Shown: positions 39,868-50,176 of the stretch, piece by piece
How positions within the stretch are numbered: the first letter of the stretch is position 1
Layout: each line of letters starts with the position of its first letter
Assembly: GCA_002382665.1 (NCBI GenBank)
Contig: DFZA01000009.1
Location: forward strand, 403,602-467,601
Source of the DNA: Peptococcaceae bacterium UBA4068
GTDB lineage: Bacteria > Bacillota > Dehalobacteriia > UBA4068
Direction: 5' to 3'
DNA length: 64,000 bases
The notes under the pieces: generated by a model
The model's database searches: none
Told to the model about the DNA's origin: nothing
The model's input: the letters and a program-made list of their open reading frames with translations, nothing else
Position numbers and translations under genes: made by a program

Positions 39868-40569
39868 TTATTTATCTTTTTCCATTTCAGCGGTAAGTTT
39901 TTGTACCGCCCTTTTTTCTATTCTCGACACATAAGAACGGGAAATCCCCAATTTCTTCGCTATTTCTCTTTGTGTCGTCTGTATACAGTTATCCAGCCCG
40001 TAGCGCAAACGCAAAACAAAGCGTTCATTTTCGTCCAATATATCCATGTTTTGCAACAGCATCTGTTTTTCTTCCTGCTGTTCTATTACTTCATGAACTG
40101 TTTCTCCGGTAGACCCTAATATATCAAGCAAAACCACTTCGTTGCCTTCCTTATCAACACCTACCGGTTCATATAGTGAAAGCTCTTTTTTGAGATTACG
40201 ACCGGCGCGCAGTTGCATCAAGATTTCATTTTCGATACAACGCGCGGCATATGTCGCCAGCCGCGTGCCTCTGTCCTGAGAGAAACTGTTGATAGCTTTG
40301 ATCAAACCGATAGTACCGATCGATATTAAATCATCCTTGTCGATGCCGCTGCTTTCAAATTTTTTGCAAATATGGGCTACCAAACGCAGGTTATGCTCAA
40401 TCAAGGCATTACGGGATTCCATATTGCCTTTTTTACATGCGGCTATATGATAAGATTCTTCCTCAGCGCTCAAAAGCGGCGGGAAGATACTGTTACTAAT
40501 GTAAGCAATTTTTATTTCATTTGTCGTTCGTTTCCCTGGCCAACTAATGACAATATTCGTTATTTCCAC
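39868..40569 (-). CDS. sigK: RNA polymerase sporulation sigma factor SigK (pro-sigma-K), uninterrupted
   Basis: IFPPLLSAEEE...ALIEHNLRLVAHICKKF...LISIGTIGLIKAINSF...TQREIAKKLGISRSYVSRIEKRA aligns along the full length of Bacillus SigK (not SigE). GTG start with a weak RBS. Confidence 0.85.
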   Translation of the reverse strand: MEITNIVISWPGKRTTNEIKIAYISNSIFPPLLSAEEESYHIAACKKGNMESRNALIEHNLRLVAHICKKFESSGIDKDDLISIGTIGLIKAINSFSQDRGTRLATYAARCIENEILMQLRAGRNLKKELSLYEPVGVDKEGNEVVLLDILGSTGETVHEVIEQQEEKQMLLQNMDILDENERFVLRLRYGLDNCIQTTQREIAKKLGISRSYVSRIEKRAVQKLTAEMEKDK

Positions 40570-40683
40570 CCCCAGTTGGGTTAGGATATATATGATAATA
40601 TGTCATTCACCTCGTTTTGGTGTTTGGTTACAAATAAAAAACCACCGTAATAAATACAATGATAGCTCGGGTTTAAATATACC

Positions 40684-40711
40684 TTGACAACATACTTAAG
40701 TTAAATATAAA
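40684..40711 (+). promoter_or_regulatory. Sigma-A type promoter for csoR-copA (TTGACA-16-TATAAA), followed by a C-rich 5' UTR
   Basis: ttgacaacatacttaagttaaatataaa. Confidence 0.4.
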
Positions 40712-40754
40712 ATATAAACACCCCCCCTCCCCGGTGCCCCGGTAAAGAGAAAGG

Positions 40755-41027
40755 ATGTTTTTTATGAAAGCAAATCCAGATGAAATATTGCTATTACTAA
40801 AAACAGCAAAAGGCCAAATTGACGGCATTATAAAAATGGTCGAAGACGATCGATATTGCATAGATATTTCCCATCAGGTGATGGCTGCTGAAGCAGTACT
40901 GCAAAAAGCCAATCGTGAAATATTAACCGCCCATCTCAAGCATTGCGTCAAAAATGCAACCGATCCGGACGATAAAGAAAAAAAGGTTGATGAATTAGTT
41001 GCCTTATTAAGTAAAATACTTAATTAA
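40755..41027 (+). CDS. csoR: Copper-sensing repressor CsoR family (DUF156)
   Basis: 90 aa, ...RYCIDISHQVMAAEAVL...HLKHC with the Cys/His/Cys Cu(I) ligand pattern. Confidence 0.8.
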   Translation: MFFMKANPDEILLLLKTAKGQIDGIIKMVEDDRYCIDISHQVMAAEAVLQKANREILTAHLKHCVKNATDPDDKEKKVDELVALLSKILN

Positions 41028-41101
41028 AAAGAAACCAACGAAATTGTTTTGTTTACGCTTTCTGCGAATTATAAAATTAATCATTAAGATGGAGTAAAAA
41101 A

Positions 41102-43600
41102 ATGATCCAGAAATTCGCCGTCACAGGTATGACCTGCGCTTCCTGTTCAAGCCATGTTGAAAAAAGCGTCCGTAGCCTTTCCGGCACGGAAAATGTGACC
41201 GTCAATCTCTTAACAAACAGCATGACGGTCGAATATAACGATGCTGTTTTAAGCAATAGCGATATAATCAGCGCCGTTGCCAAAGCCGGTTATGACGCAA
41301 GTCTGCCAGAAAACACCCGTATAAAAGCGCCTGCGTCAGAAGAAAAAAAAGTTGATATTAACAGTGAACAGCTAAAAAACATGCAACTACGCTTGATAGT
41401 ATCTATAATTTTTCTGATTCCATTGATGTATATATCGATGGGACAGATGGCTAATCTTCCTCTGCCTGCTTTTTTGAGCAGTATGGAAAACGCCATAGCT
41501 TTTGCGCTGACGCAATTTCTTTTATGTCTGCCGATCTTATATGTTAACAGAAGTTTCTACACCAGAGGCTTCAAGTCTCTGTTCCACGGCGCTCCCAATA
41601 TGGACTCCCTGATTGCTATTGCTTCCACCGCCGCTGTTGTCTACGGCGTTTATGCCATATATAGGATAGGATACGGACTGGCAATCGGCGATATGCAGTT
41701 AGTTGAATCATACCGTATGAACCTATATTTTGACGCCGCCGCCATGATTCTGACACTGATCACCGTTGGCAAATATCTGGAAACAAAATCAAAAGGAAAA
41801 ACCGGTGAGGCAATTGCCCAGCTGATTAATCTGGCGCCTCAAACTGCTACAGTTGAACGTAACGGCAATTTACTGGAGGTTCCTATCGATCAGGTCATGG
41901 CGGGAGAAACGGTTTATGTAAAACCCGGCGCTGCCATCCCTGTGGACGGTACTATTTTGTCAGGCAACACCAATGTTGACGAATCAGCTATCACCGGCGA
42001 AAGCATACCGGTCTATAAAAGTATTGACGATACGGTAATCGCCGCTACCATCAATAAGACCGGTTTTATTAAAATCAAAGCTACCCGAGTTGGCGATGAT
42101 ACCACTTTTGCGCAAATCATTCGCCTGGTTGAGGAAGCCGGAGCCAGCAAAGCGCCGATTGCCCGGCTGGCGGATAAAATCTCCGGCGTTTTTGTGCCGA
42201 TAGTAATTATTATCGCCGTAATTACTATCATCGTATGGTTGTTAACCGGCGCTTCGTTTGAGTTCGCTTTTTCTTGCGGCATCAGCGTGCTGGTCATTTC
42301 CTGCCCTTGCGCGCTAGGGCTTGCCACACCGGTGGCGATCATGGTAGGTACCGGCAAAGGGGCGCAGTCAGGCATCTTAATTAAATCCGGTGAAGCGCTG
42401 GAGACAGCGCACCGCATAAACAGTATTGTATTAGACAAAACCGGTACTATCACCGAGGGCAAGCCGGTTGTAACCGATATTAAAGCCTATCAAAATACTT
42501 CCGAGCAATTACTACAAATTGCCGCCGCACTTGAAGCGGGCAGTGAACATCCGTTAGCCGCGGCTATTATTGAATATGCCAATCAAAAAGGCTGCCGTAT
42601 AACGGCAGCGCAGAATATCGAAGCTATTACCGGGCAGGGAATCAAAGGTGAAATCGACGGCAAAATATATATTGCGGGCAATCAGCGCCTACTGGCCGAA
42701 AACGGTATTAAAACAGATATTGCTATTAATGACATTAATGATTATGCCCAAAACGGTAAGACGCCGTTGCTCTTTGCCGACGGTCAACAGCTTATCGGCA
42801 TTATTGCCGTAGCCGATACCGCCAAACCTACCAGCAAGGAAGCTGTTGAGCGTTTTAAAAAGCTGGGTATCGAAGTCATCATGCTGACCGGCGATAATTA
42901 CAATACGGCGCAGGCTATCCAAAGACAGCTCGGTATCGATACCGTAATCGCCGAGGTTCTGCCTGCCGATAAAGAAAAAGAAATAACTAAGCTGCAAAGC
43001 GCGGGTAAGACTGTGGCTATGGTCGGCGACGGTATCAATGATGCACCGGCTTTGGTAAAAGCCGATGTCGGTCTGGCTATCGGCGCAGGAACAGATGTTG
43101 CCATCGAAAGCGCCGATATCGTGCTGATGAAAAACAATCTATTGGACGCTGTGACTGCCATTCGGCTCAGTAAAGCAGTCATACGCAATATCCGTCAGAA
43201 CTTATTTTGGGCCTTTTTCTATAATATTCTCGGCATACCTATCGCCGCCGGTGTGTTTTACAATCTGCTGGGTCTAAAACTAAACCCGATGATCGGCGCT
43301 GCCGCCATGAGTTTTAGCAGTGTTTTCGTAGTCACAAACGCTTTAAGATTAAGAAGGTTTAAATCAGAATCCACAAGAAAGGAGTCCGAAAATATGCAGA
43401 TTACCATGAAAATCGAAGGCATGAGCTGCATGCATTGCCAAAAACGCGTCAGCGACGTCTTAAACGCCGTACCCGGTATAAAAGCGGAAGTGGATTTAGC
43501 AAATAATGCCGCCTATATTACCTCAAATACTGCTATTGATATAAACGAGTTGAAAAAAGTTATCGAAGACGCCGGATATCAAGTTACCGAGGTGGAATAG
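41102..43600 (+). CDS. copA: Copper-translocating P-type ATPase with N- and C-terminal HMA domains
   Basis: GMTCASCSSHVE (HMA), CPC motif (SCPCALGLATP), DKTGT, GDGINDAP, and a C-terminal second HMA (GMSCMHCQKRV). Confidence 0.92.
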   Translation: MIQKFAVTGMTCASCSSHVEKSVRSLSGTENVTVNLLTNSMTVEYNDAVLSNSDIISAVAKAGYDASLPENTRIKAPASEEKKVDINSEQLKNMQLRLIVSIIFLIPLMYISMGQMANLPLPAFLSSMENAIAFALTQFLLCLPILYVNRSFYTRGFKSLFHGAPNMDSLIAIASTAAVVYGVYAIYRIGYGLAIGDMQLVESYRMNLYFDAAAMILTLITVGKYLETKSKGKTGEAIAQLINLAPQTATVERNGNLLEVPIDQVMAGETVYVKPGAAIPVDGTILSGNTNVDESAITGESIPVYKSIDDTVIAATINKTGFIKIKATRVGDDTTFAQIIRLVEEAGASKAPIARLADKISGVFVPIVIIIAVITIIVWLLTGASFEFAFSCGISVLVISCPCALGLATPVAIMVGTGKGAQSGILIKSGEALETAHRINSIVLDKTGTITEGKPVVTDIKAYQNTSEQLLQIAAALEAGSEHPLAAAIIEYANQKGCRITAAQNIEAITGQGIKGEIDGKIYIAGNQRLLAENGIKTDIAINDINDYAQNGKTPLLFADGQQLIGIIAVADTAKPTSKEAVERFKKLGIEVIMLTGDNYNTAQAIQRQLGIDTVIAEVLPADKEKEITKLQSAGKTVAMVGDGINDAPALVKADVGLAIGAGTDVAIESADIVLMKNNLLDAVTAIRLSKAVIRNIRQNLFWAFFYNILGIPIAAGVFYNLLGLKLNPMIGAAAMSFSSVFVVTNALRLRRFKSESTRKESENMQITMKIEGMSCMHCQKRVSDVLNAVPGIKAEVDLANNAAYITSNTAIDINELKKVIEDAGYQVTEVE

Positions 43601-43602
43601 CA

Positions 43603-43760
43603 CAGCGTATCGCGAAGTTTATCGACCCGCTGACAGACTGAGAGAAAAGAGCCAAGTCCTAGGCGGCAGCCAAGGCCAGACAGGGAGCGTATACGGTAAT
43701 ACGTGACCTGACTGGAAGCAGGCTGCCAACAACGGAATTGGCCTTTTGTCTCGGTCTGAA
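43603..43760. repeat. Partial/degenerate copy 3 of the structured element: 3'-terminal block (agcgtatcgcgaagtttatcgacccgctga) fused directly to a diverged, short element-like sequence
   Basis: 43604-43633 matches the last 30 nt of copies 1 and 2. The following actgagagaaaag and cgtatacggtaatacg resemble the 5' start and internal hairpin of copy 1. Confidence 0.45.
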
Positions 43761-43795
43761 AAGGCAGCTATCATTTGATAGCTGCCTTAGTTTTT
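43761..43795. terminator. Bidirectional terminator between convergent copA and clpX (13-bp perfect stem)
   Basis: aaggcagctatcatttgatagctgccttagttttt. Confidence 0.55.
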
Positions 43796-45059
43796 ACGCT
43801 GTTTCGTTTTGTTTACTACTGGTCTTTTTGGTTGTTGACAACAACAGGGGCGGTTCTCTTTTTTCTACCGTTTCCTTGGTCACTACGCATTTGTCAATAT
43901 TGTTCTGCGAAGGCGTTTCAAACATGATATCCAGCAATATACTCTCCATGATCGCTCTTAGTCCGCGGGCGCCGGTATCGCGCTCCAAAGCCTCTTTGGC
44001 GATAGCCTCCAGTGCGTCATCCTTGAATTCTAAGCTGATACCGTCCATGTCAAATAACTTTTGATACTGTTTAACCAGAGCGTTTTTGGGCTCGTTTAAA
44101 ATTTTAATCAACGCTTGCTGATCCAATGATTGCAGCGTGACAATGATCGGCAGACGGCCGACAAACTCCGGAATCAACCCGAATTTGAGCAAATCCTCCG
44201 GCATGATCTTTGCCAGAATATCATCTTTTTTTACATCCTTTTTGCTCTGCAGCTCCGAACCGAAACCCATCATATTTTTGCCTAAACGGTTTTGGATAAT
44301 GTTTTCAATACCGCCAAAAGCGCCGCCACAAATAAAGAGAATGTTGGTTGTATCGATCTGAATGAACTCCTGGTGCGGGTGTTTACGTCCACCCTGCGGC
44401 GGAACAGAAGCAACAGTACCCTCTAAAATTTTCAGCAGCGTTTGCTGCACGCCTTCGCCGGAGACATCGCGGGTTATCGAAGGATTTTCCGATTTACGGG
44501 CGATCTTATCTATCTCATCGATATAGACAATACCTTTTTCCGCCCGCTCGATATCATAATCCGCAGCCTGAATCAGCTTAAGCAGTATATTTTCCACATC
44601 CTCGCCGACATAACCGGCTTCGGTTAAAGAGGTAGCGTCGGCAACGGCAAACGGCACCTGCAAAATCCGTGCTAATGTTTCGGCTAGTAATGTTTTGCCG
44701 CAACCGGTAGGGCCAAGCATGATAATATTGCTTTTTTGCAATTCAACTTCGTCTTGGTCGCTTTCATTGTATATGCGCTTGTAATGATTATAAACAGCTA
44801 CGGCCAAAGATTTTTTAGCCGCCGCCTGACCGATAACATACTGATCAAGCACAGCGTTAATCTCCAGTGGTTTGGGAGTTTCAATAGCCTCGGAGGTTTT
44901 GGTGATGACGTTGCCTTCGGCAATTATTTCATTACACAGCTCAATACATTCGTTGCAAATATAAGCATTGGGGCCAGCAATCAGTTTTTGCACCTGCGAC
45001 TGGTTTTTACCGCAAAAAGAACAAGACGGCGTATGCTTATCATCTGTAGACTTAGTCAT
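43794..45059 (-). CDS. clpX: ATP-dependent Clp protease ATP-binding subunit ClpX
   Basis: N-terminal zinc finger CSFCGK...CNEC. Walker A GPTGCGKT. Confidence 0.93.
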   Translation of the reverse strand: MTKSTDDKHTPSCSFCGKNQSQVQKLIAGPNAYICNECIELCNEIIAEGNVITKTSEAIETPKPLEINAVLDQYVIGQAAAKKSLAVAVYNHYKRIYNESDQDEVELQKSNIIMLGPTGCGKTLLAETLARILQVPFAVADATSLTEAGYVGEDVENILLKLIQAADYDIERAEKGIVYIDEIDKIARKSENPSITRDVSGEGVQQTLLKILEGTVASVPPQGGRKHPHQEFIQIDTTNILFICGGAFGGIENIIQNRLGKNMMGFGSELQSKKDVKKDDILAKIMPEDLLKFGLIPEFVGRLPIIVTLQSLDQQALIKILNEPKNALVKQYQKLFDMDGISLEFKDDALEAIAKEALERDTGARGLRAIMESILLDIMFETPSQNNIDKCVVTKETVEKREPPLLLSTTKKTSSKQNETA

Positions 45060-45667
45060 TATTTGTTTCCTTTCGCTGCTTTCTCTCTGGCAGTGATAAC
45101 ATTATCAACGATGCCGTACTCTTTGGCCTGCCCGGCACTCATAAAGAAATCTCTCTCGGTATCCCTTTCGATATTCTTTAGCGGTTGACCGGTACGATCA
45201 GCCAGTATTTTATTGATTTCATCACGCAAACGCAGAATATGCTTGGCGTGAATCTCGATATCCGTGACCTGGCCCTGGGTGTTTCCTGAAGGTTGGTGAA
45301 TCATTATTTCACTGTTGGGTAAAGCAAAACGTTTGCCAATCGTGCCTGCTGTCAGTAAAAATGCGCCCATGCTGGCGGCCATACCTAAACAAATGGTACT
45401 GACGTCACAACGTATATATTGCATGGTATCGTAGATCGCCATTCCCGCCGAGACTGAACCACCGGGGCTGTTGATATACAAACGGATATCTTTATCAGGA
45501 TCCTCCGCTTCCAAAAACAATAATTGAGCTATTACCAAATTAGCAACAGTATCATCTACCTGTGAACCTAAAAAAACAACTCTGTCTTTCAACAGCCGGG
45601 AATAGATATCATACGACCGTTCTCCTCTGTTAGTTTGCTCTACAACCATTGGTACCAATACACTCAT
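45059..45667 (-). CDS. clpP: ATP-dependent Clp protease proteolytic subunit ClpP
   Basis: 202 aa, ...INSPGGSV..., catalytic Ser in GMAASMG. Confidence 0.93.
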   Translation of the reverse strand: MSVLVPMVVEQTNRGERSYDIYSRLLKDRVVFLGSQVDDTVANLVIAQLLFLEAEDPDKDIRLYINSPGGSVSAGMAIYDTMQYIRCDVSTICLGMAASMGAFLLTAGTIGKRFALPNSEIMIHQPSGNTQGQVTDIEIHAKHILRLRDEINKILADRTGQPLKNIERDTERDFFMSAGQAKEYGIVDNVITAREKAAKGNK

Positions 45668-45738
45668 ATTAATCCTCCCTCTTTTGGCTACTCTTCATTT
45701 ATACCCCATGGACAGGGAAATTATACCTGTAATAATAG

Positions 45739-47160
45739 CTATTCGCTATCGACAACTTCACCGGTCTCTTCGCTGTTATCGTCAATAATCTCGCTTGCCG
45801 CTTCGGCTTTATCTTCGACAACTTCCGCCTCCGCTTGCGGCTCGGGACGGGCAACGATTTCCTCGGTAATTGTGGCTTCTTTATAAACCAAATCCAAGGC
45901 TTTTTCCATTTTCATGCCGTTTTCCAACGTGAAAATCTGGTTGCTCTTCAGCAAATAATCTTTAATTACATCTGCTGGTTGTCCGTAATTAGCAGCCATG
46001 ATTTCCACATGCTCGTCAATCTCTTCCGGCGTGATTACTATTTTTTCTTCATCGGCAACTTGACCGAGAACTAAATCCATCTTTACGCCCTCTTCGGCTT
46101 GCGCACGGTAATTTTCCCTAAATGACTTTTTATCGCCACCGTTAAAAGCAATAAACTGATCGACAGATAAGCCTTGCGCTTGTAATCTCTGGTCAAGATT
46201 CTCAACCAAAGACTCGATTCTTTGTTCAATCATTACCGGCGGGACATCAAGTGTCGCGTTATCGACTACCTGCTTGATTGCTTCAGCATGACAGGCGTCC
46301 TCCGCGGTCAGACGGTTTTTGTCCAATAATTTTTCTTTAACTTCAGCCCTATATTGTTCTATAGTATCAGAAGTCTCACTGATTTCCTTAACAAAGGCAT
46401 CGTCAAGTTCCGGTATCACTTTGACCTTAATGCCCTTGACAGTGACCGCAAATTCCACCGGCTGGCCGGCCAGTTTTTCATCATGGTATTTTTCGGGGAA
46501 AGTCACTTGGATGCGCTTTTGATCGCCAACCTTGCAGCCGATCAATTGCTCTTCAAACCCCGGTATAAACGATCCTGAACCTAGTTCAAGAGGATAATCC
46601 TCGGCCCTGCCGCCTTCAAATGCAACATCGCCCTGATAACCTGTAAAATCGATTGTTACCACGCTGCCTTTTTGGGCAGCAAATGACTCCGCCGCGTCTT
46701 CCAGTTTGCCAAGACGCGTACGCTGGTCTTCTATTTCTTTATCAATTTCTTCCTCGGTAACTTCATAAACGGTCTTAGTCAAAGACAAACCTTTATACTG
46801 ACCGAGTTGTACTTCCGGCATCACTGTCATGGTTGCTTTGAAAATAAAAGGTTTATCTTTTTCCAATTGGATTACTTCCAATTCCGGTTTGTCCACTGCA
46901 TCAAGATTATTTTCATCCATGCCCTGAACACAGGCTTTGGGTACTAATTCATCAGCGGCCTCATCCAATATGGCCTGTACGCCCACAAAATTTTCTAAGA
47001 CACTATAGGGAGTCTTGCCCTTACGAAAACCAGGTATGTTGACCTTTTGGGCTATACGTTTGCCGGCTAACTTGCATGCCAGCGCCATTTCCTCCACGGA
47101 AACCTCAACCTGTAAAACCTTTTGATATTTTTCGCCGCTGTTTACCTCAAATTTCATCAA
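45739..47160 (-). CDS. tig: Trigger factor with an acidic C-terminal tail
   Basis: 473 aa with a PPIase (FKBP-like) central domain. tig-clpP-clpX synteny. Confidence 0.9.
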   Translation of the reverse strand: MMKFEVNSGEKYQKVLQVEVSVEEMALACKLAGKRIAQKVNIPGFRKGKTPYSVLENFVGVQAILDEAADELVPKACVQGMDENNLDAVDKPELEVIQLEKDKPFIFKATMTVMPEVQLGQYKGLSLTKTVYEVTEEEIDKEIEDQRTRLGKLEDAAESFAAQKGSVVTIDFTGYQGDVAFEGGRAEDYPLELGSGSFIPGFEEQLIGCKVGDQKRIQVTFPEKYHDEKLAGQPVEFAVTVKGIKVKVIPELDDAFVKEISETSDTIEQYRAEVKEKLLDKNRLTAEDACHAEAIKQVVDNATLDVPPVMIEQRIESLVENLDQRLQAQGLSVDQFIAFNGGDKKSFRENYRAQAEEGVKMDLVLGQVADEEKIVITPEEIDEHVEIMAANYGQPADVIKDYLLKSNQIFTLENGMKMEKALDLVYKEATITEEIVARPEPQAEAEVVEDKAEAASEIIDDNSEETGEVVDSE

Positions 47161-47265
47161 TATGCCTCCTTAAAATTCTCTTATCTTATTTAATAATTTT
47201 TTTATAATTTTTGAAAATATCCGACTAGATTAATTCTATATAGTAAGAGATATTCCTTCCAACAA

Positions 47266-48060
47266 TTATATGATATTCTCCAAACCGCTGACAAGCCCCT
47301 CCAATTGCAATACTTTACGCACGGCAATCAGCAAGCCAGGTAAAAAGCTGTCCCGGCTCATGGCGTCATGACGGATCGTCAATAGCTGACCGACGCCGCC
47401 AAAAACCACCTCCTGCGTCGCCACATAGCCCGGCAAGCGCACGCTGTGAATCCGCGCGCCCTGAAAATCTCCGCCGCGGGCGCCCGGCAGTTTTTCAAAC
47501 TCATTGGCTGCTCCCTGAGCAAAAACTTCACGCTTATCGGCAATCATTTCCATGGTTGCCAACGCGGTACCTGAAGGCGCGTCGAGTTTCTGGTCATGGT
47601 GGCGTTCAATAATTTCCACATGCGGGAAATACTCAGCCGCTTCGGCGGCAAAACGCATCATCAATACCGCCCCCAAGGCGAAATTGGGCGCTACGAATAC
47701 CGGCGCTTGATATTGACGCGCCAGCTTGTCCACTTCCGTAAGATCGTGCGCCGATAGTCCTGTCGTGCCAATGACACAGGCCACGCCCATCGGCACAACG
47801 CTGCGCAGCGTTTTCATGATTGCCTGCGGGTTGGTAAAATCCACCAACACTTCGGGGCGGGTGCGTTTGACCGCCAAAATCAAATCATCTTCAACTTTTA
47901 CGCCTATTGGTTCACTTCCAGTCAAAATACCGATATCGGTACCGTGCATCCGCATATCGACAGCCGCCACAATCTCGATATCTTCCTCAGCTAATAAGCC
48001 GGCCGTCATGCTTCTGCCCATTTTACCGGCGACTCCGTTTACGATAACTTTAATTGTCAT
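47266..48060 (-). CDS. dapB: 4-hydroxy-tetrahydrodipicolinate reductase
   Basis: 264 aa, MTIKVIVNGVAGKMGR (NAD-binding), ...ERHHDQKLDAPSGTA. Confidence 0.9.
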   Translation of the reverse strand: MTIKVIVNGVAGKMGRSMTAGLLAEEDIEIVAAVDMRMHGTDIGILTGSEPIGVKVEDDLILAVKRTRPEVLVDFTNPQAIMKTLRSVVPMGVACVIGTTGLSAHDLTEVDKLARQYQAPVFVAPNFALGAVLMMRFAAEAAEYFPHVEIIERHHDQKLDAPSGTALATMEMIADKREVFAQGAANEFEKLPGARGGDFQGARIHSVRLPGYVATQEVVFGGVGQLLTIRHDAMSRDSFLPGLLIAVRKVLQLEGLVSGLENII

Positions 48061-48079
48061 AAAACTCTCTCCTTAGTAA

Positions 48080-48346
48080 TTAACGGTTATATGTACCGTT
48101 TTCGTCTATTTCCACCACTATCACTTCGGAACCGATCTTTCTCACTGCCGTCCAGGGTATAGATAATTGCCGTTTGCCGGCGCCAAACCCCAATAGGCCG
48201 CGTCGCGTCGGCAATATAATCTCAATGATTCTGCCATCAGTCGGATCAACCAATAAATCGGAATCGCCGACTGTGCCTAATATCTCTCCGTCGTAGATAT
48301 TGATGATTTTCTTGTCCGCAAATTCGCTTAGACGCATAGCAATCAC
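48080..48346 (-). CDS. YlmC/YmxH family sporulation protein (PRC-barrel)
   Basis: 88 aa, ...LSEFADKKIINIYDGEILGTVGDSDLLVDPTDGRIIEIIL. Confidence 0.75.
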   Translation of the reverse strand: MIAMRLSEFADKKIINIYDGEILGTVGDSDLLVDPTDGRIIEIILPTRRGLLGFGAGKRQLSIPWTAVRKIGSEVIVVEIDENGTYNR

Positions 48347-48394
48347 CTCAAGAGGTTTTTTTAATTATATGCCTCTTGAAGGACAGCTATTCCG

Positions 48395-48844
48395 CTAAAA
48401 ACCGCTATGTCCAAAACCGCCGCTGCCACGCCCACTAACGGATAGTTGATCCGCTTCTTCCCACGATACCCGAATCACAGAAGCCGCAACCAATTGCGCA
48501 ATGCGCATGCCCCGTTCCACTAAAAACGGCTGGTCGCCAAGATTAATCACTATTAGACCGATTTCGCCTCGGTAATCAGCGTCGATAGTACCGGGTGTAT
48601 TAAGCAGCGTAATACCATATTTCAAAGCCAGTCCGCTGCGCGGACGGATCTGTGCTTCAAATCCCTCCGGCAGCTCGATGGCCAATCCGCTAGGTATTAA
48701 AGCCCTTTTACCCGGCTCAATCAGTACACCTTGCTTATCAACCGCGGCTAACAAATCCAACCCGGACGAATGCTCACTTTGGTAGCTCGGCAATTCTAAG
48801 CCATGATAATTGGCAAGCTTTTGTACCCTTAATACTAAATCCAT
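48395..48844 (-). CDS. dut: dUTP diphosphatase
   Basis: 149 aa, ...RPRSGLALKYGITLLNTPGTIDADYRGE. Confidence 0.88.
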   Translation of the reverse strand: MDLVLRVQKLANYHGLELPSYQSEHSSGLDLLAAVDKQGVLIEPGKRALIPSGLAIELPEGFEAQIRPRSGLALKYGITLLNTPGTIDADYRGEIGLIVINLGDQPFLVERGMRIAQLVAASVIRVSWEEADQLSVSGRGSGGFGHSGF

Positions 48845-48853
48845 AAACTCTCC

Positions 48854-50104
48854 TTAAAAAAGTTTATCAATATCGAATTGGTTCTCTTGGGGGCCTACTG
48901 TCGCTATCACCAGCTTATCCGGCACAAACAGTTTGGCGGCCAATCTTAAAACATCTTGCTGACTGACATGCATCAGCTTGTCCAGCGATTGTTCCCAGGA
49001 ATACAATTCATCGAGCATTAGTTCCCGTTTGCCTATCTTATTCATCACGCTGCTGCTGCTTTCCATGCCAAATACCAGTGCGCCCTTCAATTGCTGTTTA
49101 CTGCGCTGCAGCTCTTCCTCAGATAAACCTCTTGCCGCCACGTCGCTAAACTCGGCAGTAATCACCTGCATCAACTGATCGATATTCTTCGGTCTGGTTG
49201 AAGCATAAGCAGCAAAATTGCCACTTTTGAGGTAACTGGCGTTATAAGAATATACGTTGTAGGCCAAGCCTCTTTTTTCCCGTACTTCCTGGAATAGCCG
49301 CGAACTGACGCCGCCGCCTAAGGCACAGCTTAATACAGCGGCAGTATAGTAGTCGTCATCCTTGCTGGCTATAGAAGGAAATCCCAGGCAAACATGCGTT
49401 TGTTCGATATCTTTATTAACATAGACGGTCCCTGATACAGCCTCGGGAGCACTCGGTTCGCCGGCAATACCGTCACCGATACTTGCCGCAAAGAATTTTT
49501 CTACTGCCGCAACAGCTCGTTTTTCGTCAATATTTCCGGCAATTGCAATTACCGTATTGCGTGGTTGATACATTTGCTGCCAATAACCAATCAGATCCTC
49601 ACGTCGCATGGCTTCAACGGTTTGGCGGCTGCCGATCACAGCTCGGCCATAACTGTGGCGCGGCCACATTGTCGCTGGCATCAGCTCTGTCACCAGATCG
49701 TCCGGCGTATCCTCGTAGGAATTGATCTCCTCAGTCACCACATTTTTCTCACGCGTAAATTCATCCTCCGCAAATACGGAGTTTAAATGCATGTCCGCCA
49801 ATAAGTCCATGCTCAGTTCAAAATCCTCGTCTATGCAGCGAATATAAAAACAAGTATGCTCACGGGAAGTAAAGGCATTCATGATGCCCCCCACCGATTC
49901 CATTGTTTCGGCGATTTGCTTGGCACTGCGGCTGGTAGTACCTTTAAACAGCATATGCTCAAGAAAATGCGAAATTCCGGCCAGCGGTTCTTCTTCCCAA
50001 ACAGAACCGGCTTTTATCCAGACGCCGGTAGTGACCGAACGTAAGTAAGGCATTTGTTCAATCACCAATCTTAATCCCGAAGAAAATTCTATTTTTTTTG
50101 TCAT
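48854..50104 (-). CDS. M16 family zinc peptidase (insulinase-like)
   Basis: 416 aa with the HxxEH motif (HFLEHMLFKGT). Confidence 0.85.
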   Translation of the reverse strand: MTKKIEFSSGLRLVIEQMPYLRSVTTGVWIKAGSVWEEEPLAGISHFLEHMLFKGTTSRSAKQIAETMESVGGIMNAFTSREHTCFYIRCIDEDFELSMDLLADMHLNSVFAEDEFTREKNVVTEEINSYEDTPDDLVTELMPATMWPRHSYGRAVIGSRQTVEAMRREDLIGYWQQMYQPRNTVIAIAGNIDEKRAVAAVEKFFAASIGDGIAGEPSAPEAVSGTVYVNKDIEQTHVCLGFPSIASKDDDYYTAAVLSCALGGGVSSRLFQEVREKRGLAYNVYSYNASYLKSGNFAAYASTRPKNIDQLMQVITAEFSDVAARGLSEEELQRSKQQLKGALVFGMESSSSVMNKIGKRELMLDELYSWEQSLDKLMHVSQQDVLRLAAKLFVPDKLVIATVGPQENQFDIDKLF

Positions 50105-50176
50105 TATTCTACCTTTCCCAAACCGAATATTTAGTTATTTTTCTGCAAAAACAGCTAAAATCCTGCATATTGGATT

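Noticed and set aside
41290-43188. Multiple 68-149 aa antisense ORFs inside copA, and similar antisense or alternative-frame ORFs throughout the ribosomal operon, tuf, ponA, ftsH, spoIIE and other genes
   Set aside because: All lie inside confidently assigned genes on the opposite strand or in another frame, with no RBS support.
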